A stretch of DNA of 63,390 nucleotides, counting the filler, from Reclinomonas americana ATCC 50394 (lineage: Eukaryota): NCBI GenBank assembly GCA_048213135.1. It is 15 parts of 7 records of this genome, joined end to end, with 100 filler letters (N's around TTAATTAATTAA, not from the genome) between each part and the next. Parts side by side here need not be neighbours in the genome. Positions count along the whole stretch, not along the records: positions 51,251 to 54,876 come from PS015850.1; positions 54,977 to 63,390 come from PS015851.1; 13 more parts are not named here. The stretch is one strand, 5' to 3'. Position 1 is the first letter of the stretch, and each line of letters begins with the position of its first letter. Under the pieces are notes generated by a model. It saw only the letters and a program-made list of their open reading frames with translations, made no database searches and had not been told where the DNA came from. The position numbers and the translations under genes were made by a program. Below are positions 54,232-63,390 of the stretch, piece after piece.

Positions 54232-54611
54232 CCTCGCGCACTCAGTTGTACACGCGATCACCCTTTGAAACTCACCACCACCTCCTCCCCGCACAGATCA
54301 CTCCACCTGCAGTGACGAGGATCTCCTCGAGTTCGTCGTTCAGCTCCTGGAGCGCATCCGACAAGGCTCCTCGCTGTACGTGCACTGCTACGGCGGCCAC
54401 GGTCGCAGCGGTGTTGTGTGCGGCGTTTTGCTTGGTGAGTGTCGCCGCCAAGCGTGTTGATCCCTGCGACTTGGCGCTGACTCCTTGAATGCATGGCGCA
54501 GGCCGCATTTACAAACTGGACGGTGAAACCACCCTCCAGCGCCTGCAACGGTACCACGATTGCCGATTCCAGGGTTCCGAGTTCCAGTCGCCAGAGACGG
54601 CGGATCAAAAG
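53179..54611 (+). CDS. Cys-based protein tyrosine/dual-specificity phosphatase; last exon unresolved
   Basis: Exons 53179-53308, 53366-53419, 53488-53649, 54297-54434 and 54502-54611 splice in frame: SNWVIPG..GPFPG, LDTFVCVQRE, LSVED, LYVHCYGGHGRSG (CX5R, ~54383-54406), QSPETADQ. Confidence 0.9.
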
Positions 54612-54843
54612 GTGCGTAAAGCGTGGGAGCGGGACGGGGAGAAGGAGGGGCAAGAGGGAGAAGAGGATGACGAATTGGAACAGAATGCGAGCTAGTGTTT
54701 AGTGATTGGTGTTGTTTCTCGTGCACTGTCTTGCGCAGTTCAGGCGTTCTGTTGCTCCTTTGCTCACTCTCCAAGCTCCGCTCGATTCTCTTTGCTTCTA
54801 TTTATCTCACGCTCTTGCCTCCGCCACTCTCTATTTGTACATC

Positions 54844-54876
<33 letters not shown>

Positions 54877-55174
54877 NNNNNNNNNNNNNNNNNNNNNNNN
54901 NNNNNNNNNNNNNNNNNNNNTTAATTAATTAANNNNNNNNNNNNNNNNNNNNNNNNNNNNNNNNNNNNNNNNNNNNCCTAACCCTAACCCTCTTTCCCTC
55001 TTTCCCTCTTTCCCTCTGTCCCTCTCCCTGTTTCCCTCTTCCCTCTTTCCCCTCTTTCCCCTCTTTCCCCTCTTTCCCCTCTTTCCCTCTTTCCCTCTTT
55101 CCCTCTTTCCTTTTTTCCCTCTTTCCCGCTTCTTCGCCCTTTCCCTGTACCCCTTCTCCTTCCTGCGCACTCAC

Positions 55175-57972
55175 CAACACCGGCAACAACACCGTCATCT
55201 CACCCGTCAACTCAAACACGATAATGGCCGTCGACACGGCACGAGTCACTCCCGAATTGACGGCCGCACCTCCTACACACATCGGTCAACAAGCACCTAT
55301 CCAGATCTCCATCACCTTTTCCGCCGCCATCACTCACCGACGATCGAATAGGCACACGGCAACACGGCCAGCCCCGGGAAGACGACCTCGATGACCTCGC
55401 CATAAAAGCGACCGAGGCAGGCGCCCATGAGGAACGTGGGGATGAAGATTCCGCCGGGAATGGGCTGCGTCGAGGCAATGGGACTCGTGGCCAGCTGTGC
55501 GCACGACAGTGAGTGGAGGGATTTGCAAGGCGAAGCATACAGAAAACACCACGATAACGCACGACTATCAAGAACACCACGAGTGTGGAGACAAAGTAGT
55601 TGGGTGCCTGCCACTCATCCGTGTAATCAGGCAAGAAGAGATTGTCGATCATGATGTTCGGGACCGGCTGCGTGAAATCAAACACGCGGTGAGGGCGAAG
55701 CAGATTTGGAGACGAATATGGGCATTGTGTGATTGAATGCATCAGAACGAGAGAGCCAGGAGAAGCGAGTGATAAAACACGTTCTGTGAAGGAATTGGGA
55801 CGCAACTCGCGCATACGGGAAGGGCCACAAGAGGGCAGAGGTGATGAACGTAATGATCAACACAGTGGAATATTTCCTGCAACAGGGCGTGAGAAGAGAA
55901 GGCGACAACCACGACTAGTGCGAGGATACGCAACGACGTTCTCATCCAGGCGTACTTGCGGCGGAAGAGCACCCAGAACTTGGAGAGCCACACGTAAAGG
56001 GAGCCGCATGCGCCACCCACGATGCCGAGAATGACAAAGAGAAGGAGCTCCTGCACCGTGTACGGAATTGGTCCCAAATCCGTCTGGAACAGGTTGGTCG
56101 TGCCGGTGGCGGCCTCTGCCGGAGCGAGACGATGAATCACGGAGAGACGGATGCGTAGACATGCACGCTGCACGCAACGACGCGTGAGGTATCCAAACAC
56201 GGAGCTGCCGGCGACGGCCACCCAGCACTTCCACAGGTTCGCCGTCAAGTAGTACGTCGACGTGGTCTCGATGCTGAACAGAATGCCTGCACAGCAAGTC
56301 GGGTGAGAAACAAGAGGCATCAATCAATGTCATATCAAAGCTCACCTCCAAACGGAGAACCGAGGGCGGAGCTCACGCCGCACGCAGCCGACGCACCGAC
56401 CACGTGCATGCGCAAAAAGTCGCTCTGCATTCGTACACATGAGCCACAAAAAGGAGTGACTGCGACCGCGCACGAACGCAACTCTGCGCAAACGGTGAAA
56501 CACCGGCAGTCGAGTAAAGCTGTCTGACAGCGCAGTGGAGATGTGCACGAATGGACCGACGCGGCCAACGAACAATCCTGGATGCGACAAGGGGATGAGC
56601 GAAACGACAAGGAAAAAGGGATCGACTGAAGCACGACGTCGTACCACTCGAGAGAGTGCCAATCAAGCCGACTGCTTTGCCGACTGCCACGCGCGGTGCA
56701 AAATAGCGATCCATAATGATACCCGACATGGCGCACTTGACTTCAGGAATGCCGCTGCCTGTGGCATGAATGAGGACGGAAGAAGAGAGGGTCAACCCGG
56801 GCAGCGGAGGGTGGGAGAGCGGCAAGCGACGCACACGGAGTGGGGGAGAGCGACAAGCGACGCACGGAGAGTGGGAGAGCGACAACCGACGCACGGAGAG
56901 TGGGAGAGCGACAACCGACGCACGGAGAGTGGGAGAGCGACAAGCGACGCACGGAGTGTGGGAGAGCGACAAGCGACACACGGAGANNNNNNNNNNNNNN
57001 NNNNNNNNNNNNNNNNNNNNNNNNNNNNNNNNNNNNNNNNNNNNNNNNNNNNNNNNNNNNNNNNNNNNNNNNNNNNNNNNNNNNNNNNNNNNNNNNNNNN
57101 NNNNNNNNNNNNNNNNNGCACAGCGGACGAGCGATGAGAACACACACTTCCCCCTCCTACACACCTGCCGCCTCTCGAGCAATATATTGCACAGCCAGTG
57201 GTGCCAGCATGACAAACACCATGCTCAGCGAAACGTAGACAGCGTAGCCGGCCCAGAAGCCGCCGGCATCCTCTGCCATTTCGGCCAATTGTAATCGACC
57301 TGCACGACAAACAAGGAGGTGAGGCAAGTCAACACACGAGCGAGTACCCGAGACACACACAAACCGGTATTGATGTGTGCTGAAGCCTGGTCCACGGCAA
57401 GAGCGATGGCGGCCATGATAATGCCGGAGAAGAGCAAGAAAATGAAGATGAGCACGCCATCCTTCTTGAAAACTGTGCGCGCACACGGATGAGAAAGCCG
57501 CGCAGCACCTCAACACCGCACACACGCAACATCTCCAAATCGCAGCACAGCAGCCCTTCTTGTTGTATTTCAAACGCGGCTCCTGCTCGGTCAGAAAATG
57601 GAAGAAACCCTCGGTCGAGCCCTGCAAATCGAACGCCACGTGCGCAATCATACAATGATAAGCAGCTGGAAACTAAGACGTGTGCCAGAGTGCGCGCGTG
57701 TGTGTGATGCACGCGCAGAGGGAAAGAAGGGCAGTGCGCATTCGTTGAGAACAATTTGCGTGGTGTGAGAGAGAGAGCGATCAATATGTCCGCCGCATCT
57801 TGCGCGGAGAATGACACAAATACACGGAGACACTGAGAGGCACAAAGAGGGAGACAGAGAGAGAGCAAGGCGTGAAAGAAGGCAACATGATGACGCATAG
57901 ACTAACTCACAGATTCGCGCAAGTGAGTGTGTGAGAGAGAGAGAGAGAGAGTGTGTGTGTGTGTGAGAGAGA

Positions 57973-58020
<48 letters not shown>

Positions 58021-58377
58021 GAGTGAGAGAGAGTAATGTGGTCAGCACTGACTACCTCAGACGCGAAAGTGTGTGTGAGAGAGTGTGTGAGAGAGTGAGT
58101 GTGAGAGTGAGTGAGTGAGTGAGTGAGAGAATGAGAGAGTGAGAGAGAGTGTGCGTGCGAGTGAGAGCATGGGGTCACTGACAGAGTCCGACTGAGTCCG
58201 ACTGTCTCCCGCTCACACACGCACACACACACACTCACTCTCTCTCTCTCTCTCNNNNNNNNNNNNNNNNNNNNNNNNNNNNNNNNNNNNTACCGTTACG
58301 TACGTTACCGTACCGTACCGTACCGTACCGTACCGTACCGTACCGTACCGTACCGTAACCGTACCGACGACACCACA

Positions 58378-58440
<63 letters not shown>

Positions 58441-58739
58441 CACTCACTCTCTCTCTCTCTCTCTCTCCCTCCCTCTCTTCTCCCTTTTCCTTTTCTTACC
58501 TCTCTGCGATCATGAGCCCACTTCACGGGCACCCTCTGCGCCGCCGACATCAAGTCGACTGTGTCATACGGATGCTCCTTCTCGACGCGCTTCAGCGTCG
58601 GATTGTCGACCAGCGACTTGTACGGCGTCGACGACACCGACGAGTGTGAGTTGTGAAAGAGCTGCGAGTTCGCACTGTGCTGCTTCGACATTGATGGGTG
58701 GCTGTTGCTGTGGTGCGCACTCCCGCCCTGTGCGGACAT
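55175..58739 (-). CDS. CLC-family chloride channel, multi-exon; C-terminus lost at gap
   Basis: Motifs GSGIPEVK, GLFVGRVGPFVH, ALGSPFGG-ILFSIETT, ELLLFVILGIVGG, PIPGGIFIPTFLMGACLGRFYGE and GVTRAVSTAIIVFELTG. Probable first exon 58500-58739 (MSAQGG...). Confidence 0.92.
56810..56986. repeat. ~28-bp intronic tandem repeat (gtgggagagcgacaa(g/c)cgacgcacggaga)
   Basis: About 6 copies running into a gap. Confidence 0.85.
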
Positions 58740-59626
58740 GGTGGGAGCGGAGAAGGGGAGGGAGGCCAGGCGGAGATGAAGTGGTGGGACATGGACTGGG
58801 ACACTTGAAATGCAGAGACGGCTGTGTCCACCAGCAGGTGCAGCAACAGATATCTTGATGCTCAAGTCCAACCACATCCAAGATATCAACAGACACGAGT
58901 CTGGAAGGCGCCGGCAGCTGTCTTCTGCGCATGCGCGCGTGTGTTCGAATTCTCTCGATCGGAGCTTCAGAGGTCGAGAACTGCAGTCTTCGGACCGGAA
59001 AGCAGCGTGGCTGAACCACGTACTTGCCAGCGGATAAGGGTTTCCGCGTACAAGCCGGAAACGAGGGCCGGGAATTCGATTTCGACGTGCAGGAGCTTGA
59101 AATCGTCAACTGCAACAAAGTGAATTCGGCATCGGTGGCAGAAGAAAGGGCAGCTGGCCATTCAGAAGGGCTGAACAAGCCGTCTCCCTTGCTGGATAGG
59201 CCCATCCTTCACAACAGGCAATGGTCCGGACTTCGGCGGCAGGTTTTTATAGAAATTCCAGAAGATTTCAACTGAACTGCGCCCTCTCTCAGTTCTGATG
59301 CTCCCTCGAGCCGGCAATCTGCAAGCAGCTGTGCTGCTGTCAGAAGCTCATAGCTGTCCAAGTTCTTTCTGATCTCGCGATCATGCACGCAGCGCCGGGT
59401 CCGGGGTTCCAGGGCTTCGACGTTGCTGTTTGGATTTGTTGTTGTTGTTGTTGTTGTTGTTTCGAACACTGAAAACAGCGCTAGCAACAACTTTTCCAAT
59501 CCAAACAGCAACACAGCTGCATGATGAACGCCATCTTGAGCGAGCACCAGAAACTCAGACATCGCAGAAAAAACGAGAAAAAATCGAGATGGCTAATGCT
59601 GGCGTTTCTGCAAGAGAAACCGCGGC

Positions 59627-59840
59627 TCATGACAAGCATGGATTTGACGCCGAATTCCACAAAGGAAACGAGAAAGAAAAGATAGCAAGATGTGTTGGTG
59701 TCAGAACACATAGGAAAACCCAACAGAGCCAGGCAACGTGCAAATAAGTCCGGGAAGGAGCTGAGCTGTCAGTTGAGTGGTTGTCGCTGATAATGGAGTT
59801 GCTCACGGGAGTTGTCACTGCCGCCTGTTGATTCTTGACA
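59627..59840 (-). repeat. Dispersed repeat copy B (inverted partner of 46705-46910)
   Basis: Reverse complement aligns with copy A over ~200 bp with scattered substitutions and small indels. Confidence 0.9.
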
Positions 59841-60123
59841 AGCATGGATCACAGCGATTGCAACTCCTGAATTCGGACAGATGCGTGCGCGTTACAGATG
59901 GCCAGCGCAGTCATCGCTATCCGTCCTTAGCGCACATAGGCTTCCAGGATGCGCACGCCGACCGACTGCTGCACTGTTTGTTCGGATTCGTTTTCGGCGT
60001 CCGCCTCGCGAGGAAGATTAGGGGAGAGGAGAGTTGCGAACACTCAGTCGAGGACACCCTGACGATTGTGTCCTCTCCTTTCGGTTCGCTTCTGTTGGCT
60101 TCCTCTCCTCGGAGAGCAAGCCA

Positions 60124-60187
60124 CCTGGTCGGTACTCTACTGTGGTGATCACCCGCCTACTACAGTGATACAAGAGTACTGGCCAGG
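60124..60187 (+). ncRNA. Candidate 64-nt RNA hairpin (unassigned)
   Basis: CCUGGUCGGUACUCU pairs with AGAGUACUGGCCAGG (15 bp) and ACUGUGGU with ACUACAGU (8 bp). All three non-Watson-Crick pairs are G-U on the + strand. Confidence 0.35.
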
Positions 60188-62263
60188 AGACAGTTGTGCC
60201 TTTGCTATGAGCGACATCACGCATGTCGGAGGAGTGGGTTGTCCGCGTGGCAAACCCATTTCTCCGACATGGCTCACCACATGTCTCGCACACACGCGGT
60301 GTGGGTACCGTGTGTGTGTGTGTATGTGTTTTGTGACATGTGTTGTTATATATTTGCCTTGCACACGGTGTGGGTGCCGTGTGTGGGGTATGTGTATATG
60401 TTATATGTTGTGTTCATTCGACCTCGCACATGGTGCTCTGAGGGAACCCGCCGGCCATGAGCGCGAGTGTCCGCACGCACAGTCGCTGATCCCGACTGGC
60501 GGCACTCCGCGTGAAGACGGTCGTGCGTGTTGCCTGTCGTCACCAGTTGCACCTCACGAGGCCACCCACACATACGCCTGCTGATCCCAGGCGCGTGGCT
60601 GACTCGTGAGTCGTGCGTGCGAGGGGAGGCTGATGCATCCGACTGCATCTTAAGCTTTGTTCTGGTGTTTGGGGCACTGTTCACTCAGTTGCACCCCCAC
60701 CTTTGTTTGCCCACCGCGAAACCCTCGTCGCCCGCGGAATTCGTAAGACGCGCGACTGGGAGGGTTGCCTCCGTGTGTAATATGTACCCGCGGTGTGGCG
60801 CAACACGAGCCCCTGCCACCTCGCCCGCCCTGCTCTCGCTTGGCGGCTGTGGACTTCCTCCGTGTGTCCGGCGGCGTTGCCCCTCCACCGCTTGCGGTGG
60901 AGGTGCGCGCCGTGGATGCATGCGTTTCTCCCACGGGAGATCTGCGGTGTCGTCTCACCGCTGCCCACCCTGTTTCGACAGTGGATGCGCAGAATCAAAA
61001 GCTTTATTTGGGGGCTCGTTGTTTGCTTTTCCGCCCTGCTTCGGCAGCTGCGGTGTCTTCGGCTGCGTTGCCCGTCTCTGCCCCGTCAGTAGACATCGTT
61101 GCACGCGTTTTTGGTGCCGAGAGTTGGTCTCCTGTGAGAGACGTGCGGTGTAGTCTCACCGTTGCCTGCGCCTCGCTTCGGCTTGGTGCCGCAAAAACAA
61201 AAGCTTTGGGCGTTTTTTGTGAGTTTTCTTGGTGGTGACCCCACCGTTGTGTTACTCGTTCTTGGACCCTCCTTCGGTGCTTCGCTTGAGATGTTTCATC
61301 ATCGTTGGCGAAACCGACAGGGACCGACGCGTCTGCGGCGACACCACATCCCGTGAAGTAAACGACGTGTCGGTACGCCCGACGACCGTGGAAGCGCAGG
61401 TGCTGGCGCTGGCATCGGTGCTTCGAAGCTGTCTGTACGGTTACGGTGAAAGGGATCCGTGACCAGCAGGGTCGCACACACGCCAAGAAAAATGGGAATG
61501 GGCTGGTCACGAGCATGACCGGCCCCGTTGCGGGAGCCTGTCAAGCAGAGGCATGTAAAATGAAGTCAAACCTTTAGTCATGATGGAGTGCATCGTTTTG
61601 AGGTAGTCAGTGGAGCAGTAGTCAGCGAGCAGACCGAGAGGTCGAGACCATAGTGGCCAGAGTGGTGGCGACAGCTGACGGCCGACTAAGGAGAGGACAC
61701 AAGAGTCTATAGAGTGTCGAGACTCCAGTGGAGTTACTCGAACTCGGGTTTCTCTGAAGTCGTAGACGAGGAGTGCGCCAATCGCAGCTGCTCGTGCATT
61801 CACTGCGCTGCGCCAAGATAACAAGGCAGTCTGTGTAAACGTTTCGGTCACAAAGAGTTCAGATGGCAGCTTTGATGCTGTTTAGATTGGAAAATTGTTG
61901 CTCATATATATTGTCGTTGTTGTTGTTGTTGCGAATCCGAATCTGGATCTGTACCTGCACGCACAGGCACTGCAACGCTGCGCTCAATAAGCTGCGGGTG
62001 CACCCTGTGGATCCGGATCCGGGTCAGCATGCGCAGCTCCTTTGATCATAGCAGTTCGCAAGACAAAGGCCTGCATCGCAAAAGCGAGGGCCTCCAAAAC
62101 TTCCCCACTCAACTCCCACATGCATGTCCCTTTCTCGAGCGCAGTCTGCCTCCCCGTGGCAAAAAACGGAATTTGCGCGGGAAAAATCATCGGAACAAAA
62201 AACGCGGCAAAAATCATCACCGCACAACTCTAGCGCGCTTTCGTGTCTCTCCCCCTCTCTCAC

Positions 62264-62855
62264 ATGGACTTTGACACTGGTGGCAGCGGCAGTGGCGCCA
62301 CCACACACACCACCACCACCACCACCTCAACCACCGCCGCCGACGAGTCTTTCGAGAGCGCCTACTCTCTCCACTCTGTGCTCGACACCACTGCCTCCTC
62401 CGCCTTGTGCGCGCGCGCCTATGACGGCGGAGGCGGCCTGCTCTACACCTCCTCCGAGCGCGACATTGACGAGTGGTACGGGTGCTCCGCGCTGCGCATG
62501 CCCGCGGTGTTGCGCGAGGAGGCGCTCAGCAACAGCGGCGATCCTCAGCAACAGCAGCAGCAGGCGCCGTGTGTGCCTCTGAGTGCAATCATGTTCCCGT
62601 GTGGCGACGATGGCGATGCGCAGATGCGGCGGCGCAGTGGGCACGCCAGTGCGGTGTTGGGTCCGTGGCACATTGTGCATCGGCATTGTCGGCGCAGGCG
62701 CGTCAATGTCGATGTCGAGGCTATGGAGGATGATGATTTTGCTGAAGAGGAAGAGGAGGAAGAGGAGGAAGAGGAAGAGCGTACGTGGGTGGTGGTGTTT
62801 GGGGGCTTTGCGGAGCCGATGGGCTTCCGGAATGATTTCTATGCGTTTGATCCCG
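62264..62855 (+). CDS. First exon of a probable Kelch-repeat protein
   Basis: MDFDTGG...RRSGHASAVLG...WVVVFGGFAEPMGFRNDFYAFDP, ending G|GTGAG; RxxH...VFGG...ND.Y.FD is the Kelch pattern. Confidence 0.72.
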
Positions 62856-63390
62856 GTGAGTCGGGGAGTGGGAGTTGTCCGAGCGTGTGGCTTGTTGTCT
62901 AGTCGCGCTGTATTTGTGTGGGAGGGTTGCAGTGGAGGTTCTCTGGTGCTGGCGAGCCTCGATTCTCCGTGATTGTTTGTTTTTGGAAGCGTTTTGCCTC
63001 TCAATGCCGTGCTTGTTTGCCTGGTGACCCTGCAGCCATGCCCAGGCCACCTCAGTCTCCTCCTCCTCCTCCTTCTCCTTCTCTCTCACTCTCGCGAACC
63101 TGTCTGCTCTCTGGCCATCTTCCTCTGCAACCACGCCGAAGTTACTTTAATCTCATATTTCTGATTGCAATCCCCCTTCGTGTTGCATCCTGGCGACTTT
63201 TTTCGCACTGTGCCTGTTCCAACTTTCACTGGCCCTTCTGTCTCCTCTGCTCTCTTTCTCTCTCTCTCTCTCCCACCCTCCCTCCCTCTGACCCCTGACT
63301 ACTTTCTTGGCTTCTTCCTCGACAGCCACGATCCAGGCCACCTCAATCTCGTCTTCTCGTTTCTTTCAGCAACTCCCGCCCTCTCTCTTC

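Noticed and set aside
54977..54991. CCCTAACCCTAACCC telomere-like repeat
   Set aside because: Only 2.5 copies at a contig edge inside a CLC intron, merging into a CCCTCTTT tract.
60500..62100. Possible gene(s) between the CLC and Kelch genes
   Set aside because: Several short ORFs but no recognisable motif or consistent exon chain.

Overview
Draft eukaryotic (protist-like) scaffold with GC-rich exons, many short GT-AG introns, CT/GA/CA-microsatellite introns, and N-gaps carrying an artificial TTAATTAATTAA spacer. Recognisable genes: an NHL-repeat plus cadherin-like protein (-), an AT-rich virus/Polinton-like island with a D,D35E rve integrase and a NUMOD1-like ORF, a RING/TRAF zinc-finger coiled-coil gene (-), a very large signal-peptide/Pmp-type beta-helix/Cys-rich/multi-TM gene (+), an NT5C-like HAD nucleotidase (-), a CX5R phosphatase (+), a CLC chloride channel (-) and a Kelch-like exon (+). 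The main observation is the ~13 kb tandem array at ~11780-24600, which looks like satellite DNA. On the minus strand every unit reads GCAG|NNN|GT(T)GAGT, i.e. a splice acceptor and donor enclosing exactly three variable bases (16 complete triplets, 10 different, no stops). It lies directly downstream of, and in phase with, the TRAF-like gene. This suggests a tandem array of one-codon (3-nt) microexons separated by duplicated introns; this is an inference and needs transcript evidence. Exon boundaries were read by eye and may be off by a few bases.
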